Source: Eledone cirrhosa (lineage: Eukaryota). Taken from it: DNA of 43,418 nucleotides. The translations under genes and the position numbers were made by a program. Position 1 is the stretch's first letter, and each line of letters starts with the position of its first letter. Below are positions 1 to 11,801 of the stretch, in pieces. The notes under the pieces were generated by a model, which did not search any database, was not told the DNA's origin, and was given only the letters and a program-made list of their open reading frames with translations. The stretch lies in the NCBI GenBank assembly GCA_964016885.1, contig CAXHJY010001516.1, positions 1-43,418 of the forward strand, read 5' to 3'.

Positions 1-245
1 TATCCCAGTACAACCTGTCTCATGGTCGGGTCGTTGGCGACTAAACTGGCAACCCCACCAAGGTTTCTTGGTGAGGAGGGTGACTTTGGACATCCTGCAG
101 GACTAAAAACAAAACCTGTCAAAGGGCAAAGGAGCTCTTAAGAGTCAATGGCCATCCAAAATCACCGGGAGAGATGACCCCTTAGCCTTTGTCAAGGCAG
201 AATTCTAGGAGAAGGAAAACTCTGATATAACACCTGCAACTCTGA
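1..245 (+). mobile_element. possible 5' UTR fragment of an RTE-clade LINE
   Basis: Contains TCTAGGAGAAGGAAAACTCTGA (~203-224), which I recall as typical of RTE 5' UTRs. No coding support. Confidence 0.3.
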
Positions 246-576
246 TGGTATCCAATGATGTTGACTTGTTCTTCTTTTTGGTAAATATCATCTTGGTTAA
301 GAGAGTTGGACTGGCTTTGTTCAGTGCCTTTGCTCGCTATAAAAGGTTCACGGCACAGGCATTGCTTTATATCTGGAGATCTCTCTGCACTTGTCGTCAC
401 ATGGTACCATGGGCCCAGCACTATGTGTCAATAATTGTCACAAGTGTAGTGTTTGTACCAGAGTTTTCAAGTCGCTGGCTGGACTAAAAAGTCACACTCG
501 TTCAGTGCATCATTAGGGGTTCTTCTACATGGATATAAAGTAGTGGCCGTACTCGAAAACGAGTTGTCAGCCACCA

Positions 577-639
577 TGTATGTATGTATGTATGTATGTA
601 AAATCATGTATGTATATGTGTGTATACGTACATGCATAT

Positions 640-728
<89 letters not shown>

Positions 729-739
729 GAGAGATATAT
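577..739. repeat. (TATG)n/(CA)n/(TA)n microsatellite
   Basis: Directly visible. Confidence 0.95.
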
Positions 740-1052
740 GTGCGTAGCTCGGAGCTCGGAGATCGGAGAGTTACTCCAGGTAGAGCCATACTTCTCCAGA
801 TTGAGAGATCACATCTCCGATACTACGGACATGTGGTTAGAATGTCTCAAGAAAGAATCGCTGGCCAGATTTTACGGGCAAAACTAACTGGCAAGAAATC
901 CAGGGGTTTACTCCATGAACTTGGCTGGTCTTGTTTGGGGATCCAGCCGGATCAGTTGGAGATGGGTGTTCCTGGTAGGGCCCTTAGGATGGCATGATTG
1001 AGGCCTCTGCCCCCACTACTCTCTCAGGAATCAGTGGGCGTCGAAAAGAAGA
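740..1052 (+). mobile_element. degenerate 3' end of RTE-clade (Expander/Rex3-like) LINE
   Basis: Frameshifted translation RSSEIGELLQVEP / LLQIERSHLRYYGHVVRMSQERIAGQILRAKLTGKKSRG..LGWSCLGIQPDQL matches the RTE C-terminus pattern. Homologous to 35669-35870. Confidence 0.8.
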
Positions 1053-1149
1053 TACATATATACGTCTGTGTGTCTGCCTGTATGTGTATATGTATATATG
1101 TATGTGTGTGAGTGTATATATATATGTACACACACACACACAAACACAA

Positions 1150-1196
<47 letters not shown>

Positions 1197-1197
1197 A

Positions 1198-1241
<44 letters not shown>

Positions 1242-1298
1242 ACACACACACACACATACACACACACACACACACACAAACACAAATACACACACACA

Positions 1299-1338
<40 letters not shown>

Positions 1339-1365
1339 TACACACACACACACACACAAACACAA

Positions 1366-1405
<40 letters not shown>

Positions 1406-1428
1406 ACACACCCTCATATATATATATA
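1053..1428. repeat. (TG)/(CA)n compound microsatellite
   Basis: Directly visible. Confidence 0.95.
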
Positions 1429-1797
1429 AGCTTGTTTCATTTATACATTGCTTGAAATTACAGAAAGCAAATGGAGACTATGACTATCAATGTAGCAATG
1501 CCAGGAAAGGGAAGAGAGAAAACATAATAGCAACGGAATCGGAATTACCTTAGAAATATTTGTTCCTTATATTTCAGGTAAAATTTCCCTCGACGAAGGA
1601 AAACAATAATAATGGATTTCAAGAGAGTGGAATTATGCTTTTCAGCTTGGTCATTTTTTTTATCAAAATGTGGTAATTAACTTTTTTTTTTATTCAACAA
1701 ATTTCAGTTGAACTATATCAGGTTGGCAATGGAAAATTGAAAATAAAAATAGAAAAACAATTAAATAGTGAAAGGTAAAACTGTGAAGGGGCGATAT

Positions 1798-4700
1798 ACT
1801 CTACACCCCAGTCTAGGTGGTATATCTAAGCTGTGGTAGAGAGTGACAGACTTTACACCACAGTCTAGGTGGTATATCTCAGCTGTGGTAGAGAGTGACA
1901 GACTCTACACCCCAGTCTAGGTGGTATATCTCAGCTGTGGGAGAGTGTGACATACTCTACTCCCCAGTCTAGGTGGTGTAATCTCAGCTGTGGTAGAGAG
2001 TGACAGACTCTACACCCCAGTCTAGGTGGTATATCACAGCTGTGGTAGAGAGTGAGAGACTCTACACCCCAGTCTAGGTGGTATATCTCAGCTGTGGTAG
2101 AGAGTGACAGACTCTACACCCAGTCTAGGCGGTATATCTCAGCTTTGGTAGAGTGTGACAGACTCTACACCCAAGTCTAGGTGGTATATCTCAGCTTTGG
2201 GAGAGTGTGACATACTCTACTCCCCAGTCTAGGTGGTATATCTCAGCTGTGGTAGAGAGTGACAGACTCTACACCCCAGTCTAGGTGGTATATCTCAGCT
2301 GTGGTAGAGAGTGACAGACTCTACACCCCAGTCTAGGTGGTATATCTAAGCTGTGGTAGAGAGTCACAGACTCTACACCCCAGTCTAGGTGGTATATCTC
2401 AGCTGTGGTAGAGAGTGACAGACTCTACACCCCAGTCTAGGTGGTATATCTCAGCTGTGGTAGAGAGTCACAGACTCTACACCCCAGTCTAGATGGTATA
2501 TCTCAGCTGTGGTAGAGAGTGAGAGACTCTACACCCCAGTCTAGGTGGTATATCTCAGCTGTGGTAGAGAGTGAGAGACTCTACACCCCAGTCTAGGTGG
2601 TATATCTCAGCTGTGGTAGAGAGTGACAGACTCTACACCCCAGTCTAGGTGGTATATCTCAGCTGTGGTAGAGTGTGACAGACTCTACACCCCAGTCTAG
2701 GTGGTATATCTAAGCTGTGGTAGAGAGTGACAGACTCTACACCCCAGTCTAGGTGGTATATCTAAGCTGTGGTAGAGAGTGACAGACTCTACACCCCAGT
2801 CTAGGTGGTATATCTAAGCTGTGGTAGAGAGTGACAGACTTTACACCCCAGTCTAGGTGGTATATCTCAGCTGTGGTAGAATGTGACAGACTCTACACCC
2901 CAGTCTAGGTGGTATATCTAAGCTGTGGTAGAGAGTGACAGACTTTACACCACAGTCTAGGTGGTATATCTCAGCTGTGGTAGAGTGATAGACTCTACAC
3001 CCCAGTCTAGGTGGTGTATCTCAGCTGTGATAGGGAGTGATAGACTCTACACCCCAGTCTAGGTGGTATATCTCAGCTGTGGTAGAGAGTGACAGACTCT
3101 ACACCCCAGTCTAGGTGGTATATCTCAGCTGTGGTAGAGTGTGACAGACTCTACACCCCAGTCTAGGTGGTATATCTCAGCTGTGGTAGAGTGATAGACT
3201 CTACACCCCAGTCTAGGTGGTATATCTCAGCTGTGGTAGAGAGTGAGAGACTCTACACCCCAGTCTAGGTGGTATATCACAGCTGTGGTAGAGAGTGAGA
3301 AACTCTACACCCCAGTCTAGGTGGTGTATCTCAGCTGTGATAGGGAGTGACAGACTCTACACCCCAGTCTAGGTGGCATATCTCAGCTTTGGGAGAGTGT
3401 GACATACTCTACTCCCCAGTCTAGGTGGTGTAATCTCAGCTGTGGTAGAGAGTGACAGACTCTACACCCCAGTCTAGGTGGTATATCACAGCTGTGGTAG
3501 AGAGTGAGAGACTCTACACCCCAGTCTAGGTGGTATATCTCAGCTTTGGGAGAGTGTGACATACTCTACTCCCCAGTCTAGGTGGTATATCTCAGCTGTG
3601 GTAGAGAGTCACAGACTCTACACCCCAGTCTAGGTGGTATATCTCAGCAGTGGTAGAGAGTGACAGACTCTACACCCCAGTCTAGGTGGCATATCTCAGC
3701 TGTGGTAGAGAGTGACAGACTCTACACCCCAGTCTAGGTGGTATATCTCAGCTGTGGTAGAGAGTGACAGACTCTACACCCCAGTCTAGGTGGTATATCT
3801 CAGCTGTGGTAGAGAGTCACAGACTCTACACCCCAGTCTAGGTGGTATATCTCAGCTGTGGTAGAGAGTGAGAGACTCTACACCCCAGTCTAGGTGGTAT
3901 ATCTCAGCTGTGGTAGAGAGTGAGAGACTCTACACCCCAGTCTAGGTGGTATATCTCAGCTGTGGTAGAGTGTGACAGACTCTACACCCCAGTCTAGGTG
4001 GTATATCTAAGCTGTGGTAGAGAGTGACAGACTCTACACCCCAGTCTAGGTGGTATATCTAAGCTGTGGTAGAGAGTGACAGACTCTACACCCCAGTCTA
4101 GGTGGTATATCTAAGCTGTGGTAGAGAGTGACAGACTTTACACCCCAGTCTAGATGGTATATCTCAGCTGTGGTAGAATGTGACAGACTCTACACCCCAG
4201 TCTAGGTGGTATATCTAAGCTGTGGTAGAGAGTGACAGACTTTACACCACAGTCTAGGTGGTATATCTCAGCTGTGGTAGAGTGATAGACTCTACACCCC
4301 AGTCTAGGTGGTGTATCTCAGCTGTGATAGGGAGTGACAGACTCTACACCCCAGTCTAGGTGGTATATCTCAGCTGTGGTAGAGAGTGACAGACTCTACA
4401 CCCCAGTCTAGGTGGTATATCTCAGCTGTGGTAGAGTGTGACAGACTCTACACCCCAGTCTAGGTGGTATATCTCAGCTGTGGTAGAGTGATAGACTCTA
4501 CACCCCAGTCTAGGTGGTATATCTCAGCTGTGGTAGAGAGTGAGAGACTCTACACCCCAGTCTAGGTGGTATATCACAGCTGTGGTAGAGAGTGAGAAAC
4601 TCTACACCCCAGTCTAGGTGGTGTATCTCAGCTGTGATAGGGAGTGACAGACTCTACACCCCAGTCTAGGTGGCATATCTCAGCTTTGGGAGAGTGTGAC

Positions 4701-6445
4701 ATACTCTACTCCCCAGTCTAGGTGGTATATCTAAGCTGTGGTAGAGAGTGACAGACTCTACACCCCAGTCTAGGTGGTGTAATCTCAGCTGTGGTAGAGA
4801 GTGACAGACTCTACACCCCAGTCTAGGTGGTATATCACAGCTGTGGTAGAGAGTGAGAGACTCTACACCCCAGTCTAGGTGGTATATCTCAGCTGTGGTA
4901 GAGAGTGACAGACTCTACACCCCAGTCTAGGCGGTATATCTCAGCTTTGGTAGAGTGTGACAGACTCTACACCCCAGTCTAGGTGGTATATCTCAGCTTT
5001 GGGAGAGTGTGACATACTCTACTCCCCAGTCTAGGTGGTATATCTCAGCTATGGTAGAGAGTGACAGACTCTACACCCCAGTCTAGGTGGTATATCTCAG
5101 CTGTGGTAGAGAGTGACAGACTCTACACCCCAGTCTAGGTGGTATATCTCAGCTGTGGTAGAGAGTGAGAGACTCTACACCCCAGTCTAGGTGGTATATC
5201 TCAGCTGTGGTAGAGAGTGAGAGACTCTACACCCCAGTCTAGGTGGCATATCTCAGTTGTGGTAGAGAATGACAGACTCTACACCCCAGTCTAGGTGGTA
5301 TATCTCAGCTGTGGTAGAGTGATATACTCTACACCCCAGTCTAGGTGGTATATCTCAGCTGTGGTAGAGAATGACAGACTCTACACCCCAGTCTAGGTGG
5401 TATATCTCAGCTGTGGTAGAGAGTGACAGACTCTACACCCCAGTCTAGGTGGTATATCTCAGCTGTGGTAGAGAGTGACAGACTCTACACCCCAGTCTAG
5501 GTGGTGTATCTCAGCTGTGGTAGAGTGTGACAGACTACACCCCAGTCTAGGTGGTATATCTCAGCTGTGGTAGAGAGTGACAGACTCTACACCCCAGTCT
5601 AGGTGGTGTATCTCAGCTGTGGTAGAGTGTGACAGACTACACCCCAGTCTAGGTGGTATATCTCAGCTGTGGTAGAGAGTGACAGACTCTACACCCCAGT
5701 CTAGGTGGTATATCTCAGCTGTGGTAGAGAGTGACATACTCTACACCCCAGTCTAGGTGGTGTATCTCAGCTGTGGTAGAGTGTGACAGACTACACCCCA
5801 GTCTAGGTGGTATATCTCAGCTGTGGTAGAGTGATAGACTCTACACCCCAGTCTAGGTGGTGTATCTCAGCTGTGGTAGAGAGTGACAGACTCTACACCC
5901 CAGTCTAGGTGGTATATCTCAGCTGTGGTAGAGAGTGACAGACTCTACACCCCAGTCTAGGTGGTATATCTCAGCTGTGGTAGGGAGTGACATACTCTAC
6001 ACTCCAGTCTAGGTGGTATATCTCAGCTGTGGTAGAGAGTGACAGACTCTACACCCCAGTCTAAGTGGTGTATCTCAGCTGTGGTAGGGAGTGACATACT
6101 CTACACTCCAGACTAGGTGGTATATCTCAGCTGTGGTAGAGAGTGACAGACTCTACACCCCAGTCTAGGTGGTATATCTCAGCTGTAGTAGAGTGATAGA
6201 CTCTACACCCCAGTCTAGGTGGTATATCTCAGCTGTGGTAGAGAGTGACAGACTCTACACCCCAGTCTAGGTGGTATATCTCAGCTGTGATAGGGAGTGA
6301 CATACTCTACACTCCAGTCTAGGTGGTATATCTCAGCTTTGGTAGAGAGTGACATACTCTACACCCCAGTCTATGTGGTATATCTCAGCTGTGGTAGAGA
6401 GTGACAGACTCTACTCCCCAGTCTAGGTGGTATATCTCAGTTGTG
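1798..6445. repeat. 52-bp minisatellite array, ~89 copies
   Basis: Unit ACTCTACACCCCAGTCTAGGTGGTATATCTCAGCTGTGGTAGAGAGTGACAG; first units start at 1798 and 1850. Confidence 0.98.
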
Positions 6446-6566
6446 ACCCGCGAACAAAAAGGGTGATGGTATTGCTGTGGAGCACAACCAGTGATATCTG
6501 CTGGATCACTCCATCTGACGGGAGCTCCCATCTCGGTGACCGGCACTATTTATTTTTTTTTTTTTT

Positions 6567-6580
6567 GTAGTAGTAGTAGA

Positions 6581-6644
<64 letters not shown>

Positions 6645-6648
6645 ACAC

Positions 6649-6683
<35 letters not shown>

Positions 6684-6715
6684 CTAGTAGTAGTAGTAGT
6701 AGTAGTGACACTAGA

Positions 6716-6749
<34 letters not shown>

Positions 6750-6798
6750 GTAGTAGTAGTAGTAGTAGTACTAGTAGTAGTAGTAGTAGTAGTGACAC

Positions 6799-6838
<40 letters not shown>
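6567..6838. repeat. (AGT)n microsatellite with three GACACTAGAA interruptions
   Basis: Directly visible. Confidence 0.95.
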
Positions 6839-6914
6839 TCACAATGAAACAATTTATTTACGGCTAATAAGCGTCTAATGACTTTTGCTATGGATATTTC
6901 CAAATACCTACCGC

Positions 6915-7773
6915 ATTGTGGTGGAGTGGTGGGGTGGGTGGTAGTGTGGTGGGGAGTGGTGGAGTGGGTGGTGGCGTGGTGGTGTGGTGGGGGTGGGGGG
7001 GGGAGTTGGGGGGGGGGGGGTGAAGCGACGAGGGGTGTGGTATTGTGGGATGGTGGAGTGGTGTGGTGGGTTGGTGGGATGGTTGAGTGGTGGAGTGGCG
7101 GTTGTGTTGTGGGAGAGTGGGGATGGGGGGGAGGGGGAGGTTGAGTGGGGGGTTGTGGGAGAGAGAGATACAAGGGATTACATATAGTCTGCTGATGGTA
7201 CTGGTGCTAGTAGCGGTTGTGGTGGTGGTGGTGGTACTGGTGGTGGTGGTGGTGGTGGTGGTGGTGGTGGTGGTGGGGGTACTGGTGGTAGTAGCGGCGG
7301 TGGTGGTGATTGTGGTGGTTACGGGATGTCAACAATGTGTGTGTGTGTGAGAGAGCGAATGTGTGTATCAATGTATACACGAGTGTGTATATGTGTGTAT
7401 ATATATATGCATGTGTGAGTGTGTATAAATATGTATATGTGAGTGAATGTATGTGTATATATATGTCTATGTGTGTGCGTGTATATGTGTGTGTGAATGT
7501 ATATATGTGTGTGAATATGTTTGTGTATGTATATATGTGTGTGTATTTATGTGTATGTATATGTGTGTATATATATATATGAGCGTATGTATTTGTGTAT
7601 ATATATATATATGTGTGTATGTATATTTATATATGTATATGTGTATTTATATGTGTGTATGTGTGTAAATATATGTGTGTATATATATGTGTGTGTATGT
7701 GTAGGTATATATATATGTATGTGTGTGTGTATATTTATTTATGTATATGTGTATTTATATGTGTATATGTGTC

Positions 7774-7812
<39 letters not shown>

Positions 7813-7864
7813 AGTTATATATATGTATGTGTGTATGTATATATATATATATATATATATATAG
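6915..7864. repeat. G-rich (GGT)n low complexity followed by (TG/TA)n
   Basis: Directly visible. Confidence 0.9.
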
Positions 7865-7929
7865 TTAATAAATGAAATGAAAAAATACACAGTTATATTA
7901 GGTTGACGCTTGGAGGAAGTAGAGGGGGG

Positions 7930-7963
7930 TTCAACGTTTCGGACAGAAGTCCTTCATCGGGAA
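7930..7963 (-). ncRNA. degenerate minimal hammerhead-like motif, possibly a PLE pseudo-LTR remnant
   Basis: Minus strand: UUC-CCGAUGA-A-GGAC(uucu)GUCC-GAAA-CG-UU-GAA. Core has U4->C and stem I is only 3 bp. Confidence 0.45.
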
Positions 7964-8044
7964 AGTTTGGATAAGGAGAGAACAGGTAGATTTATGAGTA
8001 GTGTGTGAGGGTTCAGAAAGGAAGCTGGGAAAATGAGGTTTGGA

Positions 8045-8145
8045 AGGAGGTGATAGGTATGGGGTGGGAGGTGATAGGTATGGGGGGGGGAGGTGATAGG
8101 TATGGGGAGGGGGTGATAGGTATGGGGAGGGAGGTGATAGGTATG
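8045..8145. repeat. ~21-bp G-rich tandem repeat (GGAGGTGATAGGTATGGGG..) x5
   Basis: Directly visible. Confidence 0.85.
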
Positions 8146-9247
8146 GCCCGGGTTAAAGTGGAGGGTAGAGTGATGTCTTGGGTGTGGTTGTGTGTTCCGA
8201 AGGGAAGACATTGGTAGATGTGCGTGGCTTTAGTCCGTGTGTGTGTGTGTGTGTGCGTGGAGACGTGGTGTGTATACTGGTATGTGTGTGTATATTTACA
8301 TGTGTGTGTATATCAGTGAGTTCTTGTTTTGGCGTGTGTGTATGTGTGTGTATATTTACATGTGTATGTATATATGTTTGAGCGTGTGTTGGCTTATATT
8401 ATCTGTAGAAAGAAGCTTTTGTGTGTGTGTGTGAGATTTTGCATATACATACACACAAACACAAACACACACACACACATATATATATGCATGTATATAC
8501 ATTTAAATGTATGAATATTTATATACAGACATATATCTCTCTCTCTATATATATATGTGTATGCGTATATATATATTATATATGTATGTGTATAAATATA
8601 TGTATACATATATATGTGTGTCTGTGTGTGTATGTATGTGTGTGTGTGTATGTAAATGTGTGTGTGTTTATGTATGTATGCATGTGTGTGTATGTGTGTA
8701 TGTATGTATGTAAGTGTGCGTGTGTGTGTATGTAAGTGTGTGCGTGTGTGTATGTAAGTGTATGTATGTATGTATGTATGTAAATATGTGTGTATGTAAG
8801 TGTGTGTGTGTATGTATGTAAGTGTGTGCGTATGTATGTAAGTGTATGTGTATGTATGTATATGTGCGTGTGTATGTATGTGTGTGTGTATGTATGTGTG
8901 TGTATGTAAGTATGTGTGTATGTATGTAAGTGTGTGTGTGTGTGTATGTAAGTCTGTGTGTGAGTGTGTATGTAAGTGTGTTTGTGTGTATGTATGTAAG
9001 TGTATGTAAGTGTATATGTATGTATGTAAGTATGTAAGTGTGTGTATGTGTGTGTGTAAAAAGGGATTATAGAAACGTCAACTCCGGAATCAAATTTCCC
9101 TGCCTCTCCCCCGTCCCCTCACACATCCAGAAAAAATATAAAAATATACAAATATACAACTGACATATACACAGATACACACACACACACATATATATAT
9201 ATATGTCTTCTACCCCCCCCCCCACACATATATATATATCTATATAT

Positions 9248-9423
9248 AACGAAGGAAGTGTGGTAAGGAACCAGGTGGACCATAACGCACCAGAGTACTC
9301 AATACTTAGGGTAGTAGAGTGGGTAATAGGAAAATGTTTAACCCCGACGGCAGAGCTCAAGCCGTTTCTAAATAGCCGTCGAAACGGCTTGAGCTCTGCC
9401 GTCGGGGTTAAACATTTTCCTAT
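9248..9423. mobile_element. family A palindromic PLE-like terminus in (TA)n
   Basis: Inverted arms 9326-9368/9381-9423, left arm extended by a tail. Arm reads GAAA-CGGC-loop-GCCG-UC (hammerhead 3' half). Homologues at 16564, 17531, 32451, 33681 and 40125. Confidence 0.7.
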
Positions 9424-9505
9424 ATATATATATATATATAATGTATATATACATCTATCTCTCTATATATATTTATTCATATATAATTATATGTATTTAT
9501 ATATA

Positions 9506-9585
9506 CAGGATATCCCCCCCAAAAAGTATATACACTTTTATAAGAATGCTGTGGAAGTATGTATATATTTTGGGGAGACACCCTG
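9506..9585. mobile_element. 80-bp Tc1/mariner-type MITE remnant
   Basis: TA-CAGGATATCCCCCCCAAAA...TTTTGGGGAGACACCCTG imperfect TIRs. Confidence 0.6.
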
Positions 9586-9655
9586 CATATGTCTATATGC
9601 TTATATATATATATACACATAGATACAAATATACATATTTACATACAGACAAACA

Positions 9656-9747
<92 letters not shown>

Positions 9748-9868
9748 AGGTGAGTTTTATTGTAGTACAATAAAGCAATGCAGATATCGGATAAGAAGCA
9801 CTCTACAGTTTGTAGGACTGGAGTATACATAATATATAAGAACAAAAGATGGTTAAAGGAGTTCCATG

Positions 9869-9939
9869 TATTTTATTATGCGCATTTCAAAAACAAACAT
9901 CATCATGCAATAATATTTGTGTTTTCATCAGATAAAACA
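9869..9939 (-). ncRNA. type I minimal hammerhead ribozyme (mirror copy)
   Basis: Reverse complement of 10038-10108. Confidence 0.8.
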
Positions 9940-10037
9940 GGAAGACATGATATGAAGATTAAAAAACACTTGTGGATAGTGCAGTTTTAAAACTGCACTA
10001 TCCACAAGTGTTTTTTAGCCTTCATATCATGTCCTCC

Positions 10038-10108
10038 TGTTTTATCTGATGAAAACACAAATATTATTGCATGATGATGTTTGTTTTTGAAATGCGCATA
10101 ATAAAATA
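10038..10108 (+). ncRNA. type I minimal hammerhead ribozyme
   Basis: Stem I UGUUUUAU/AUAAAAUA; CUGAUGA at 10046; ~15-bp stem II; GAAA at 10089; palindromic stem III UGCGCA; AUA cleavage triplet. Confidence 0.85.
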
Positions 10109-10136
10109 CATGGAACTCCTTTAACCATCTTTTGTT

Positions 10137-10176
<40 letters not shown>

Positions 10177-10179
<3 letters not shown>

Positions 10180-10290
10180 ATAATAATAAATTTGAAGACT
10201 AAAATCCAAAGAGGGCTCGATAAGGATAAATATATATCAAATATATAAGAACCGTAGAGCAAATATTTATTAAAATCTGTTATTTTAATA
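10177..10290 (-). mobile_element. dispersed repeat, probable PLE tail (copy 1)
   Basis: Near-identical to 35173-35275, TA-flanked, carries the GCUC..UC-GAGC hairpin. Confidence 0.55.
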
Positions 10291-10520
10291 TATATATATA
10301 TATATGTATATATACACATACATATATATATATATACCTACATAGATATGTGTGTATAAATATACAAGTATGTTACTCACACCGGTGTCTCGTCCTACTC
10401 CAATTCATGATGGAATGAACCCTCCACACTTCTGCCAAGTGGATAAAGTAGAAAGATGAAGAATGAAAGGGCCGAGCCGATTCCGTACGGCGTGGATGTG
10501 AACCTGTATGTGGGTAGTTC

Positions 10521-10985
10521 TGTAACGAAGGGTATTTGTAATGAGTGTTAGATAGAATAACAAGAATGGCTGATTTACTTTATATATAAAAAGGTTTACC
10601 TCACTTCAGTCAAAAAGAACAATAAATAAATTACCACGAGTTGCGAAGGTTGACAATGTTATTTTGTTGTTGGTTTATGAGGCTGGTATAGTCTGAGACC
10701 AGGAGAGAGAGAGAGAGAGAGAGTAATGGTCTGTGGTTGACTGTAGACCTCAGAGGCCTGTAGTAGGCGGTGAATCTTTACATAGCTTGTCTATAGAGTA
10801 CGGCTCCGACCTCTGTGTGTGTAAAACGTGGGAAAATATAGGCTTTATATACCTGTCGCTTTCTGTCTCCCTGCCTCGAGGCATCGCCCACGCATGAACC
10901 TGTCCACGCCGAAAAGGATGGTGACCTAAAATTTGACTTCCAGGGTATCACCCAAGATTCAAGGCGTGGGGCAGATTTCGCTACA
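10521..10985. mobile_element. solo LTR (465 bp), probably Gypsy-type
   Basis: TGTAACGAA...TTCGCTACA termini; 4-bp TSD GTTC (10517-20, 10986-89); uninterrupted twin of the target at 11020-11088. Confidence 0.85.
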
Positions 10986-11192
10986 GTTCTGGTAGATGTC
11001 CTACCTAGCATGACTAGGGTCCGTACGGCGTGGATGTGAACCTGTATGTGGGTAGTTCTGGTAGATGTTCTACCTAGCACGGCTAGCTAGCTACCCATTC
11101 TTATTCTGTTGATTCATAAAAGAAAAGAAAAAAACAAAATGAAAGCTGAAACATTTGTGTTCGTTCTTTGAAAGCGAGGTAAGATCCGTAAT

Positions 11193-11294
<102 letters not shown>

Positions 11295-11326
11295 CGATAT
11301 GTGTGTGTGTGGATATATATATATAC

Positions 11327-11521
11327 GTTATTCCGGGTTGAATCGGAGGTAACCACAGTAAGTAAGGTACTCAATACATTGCAGAGTATAAAAGTTTTAA
11401 TATAGATGAGATTCTACAGGACTAGAACTGTTTCATTCTTTAGAAATCATCAGGAATCTCTGATGATTTCTAAAGAATGAAACTGTTCTAGTCATGTAGA
11501 ATCTCATCTATATTAAAACTA
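11327..11521. mobile_element. palindromic PLE-like insertion with hammerhead
   Basis: Arms ~11393-11452/11460-11520, tail on the left, TA flanks. Confidence 0.7.
11408..11460 (-). ncRNA. type I hammerhead ribozyme (weak stem II)
   Basis: Stem I GAGAUUC/GAAUCUC; CUGAUGA; UUUCUAAAGAAU (U-U at the base of stem II); GAAA; stem III CAG..CUG; GUA triplet. Confidence 0.65.
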
Positions 11522-11534
11522 TATATATATATAT

Positions 11535-11766
11535 ATATTGTTATACTTGGGGAGGGTCATATTTGCGTAATATTGCCAGAATTAATAACAGAACACACTC
11601 ACTGTTTGGTTGGTTTTCGCTTCTAAGCGAAAACCAACCAAACAGTGAGTGTGTTCTGTTATTAATTCTGGCAATATTACGCAAATATGACCCTCCCCAA
11701 GTATAACAATATCTGTTTCGACACACGATTTCATATAAAAAACCTCGCAAAACTAATTCATCGCCG

Positions 11767-11770
<4 letters not shown>
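11535..11770. mobile_element. perfect 88-bp-arm palindrome plus tail in (TA)n
   Basis: Arms 11535-11622/11625-11712 with a 2-nt loop; right arm extended to 11768. Confidence 0.65.

Positions 11771-11798
<28 letters not shown>

Positions 11799-11801
<3 letters not shown>

Larger units (their letters stand above)
9746..10144. mobile_element. palindromic PLE-like insertion with two hammerheads
   Basis: ~155-bp arms centred at 9988/9989 with 3 mismatches; extra tail 9746-9832; (TA)n on both sides. Confidence 0.8.

Noticed and set aside
1463-1578. Possible exon (TTACAG|...CAG|GTAAAA)
   Set aside because: Frames are closed by stops or give no recognisable protein; splice-like sites are common by chance.
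1798-6445. CRISPR array, or hammerhead-containing satellite
   Set aside because: Contiguous monomers with no unique spacers, eukaryotic context, and no CUGANGA/GAAA core on either strand.
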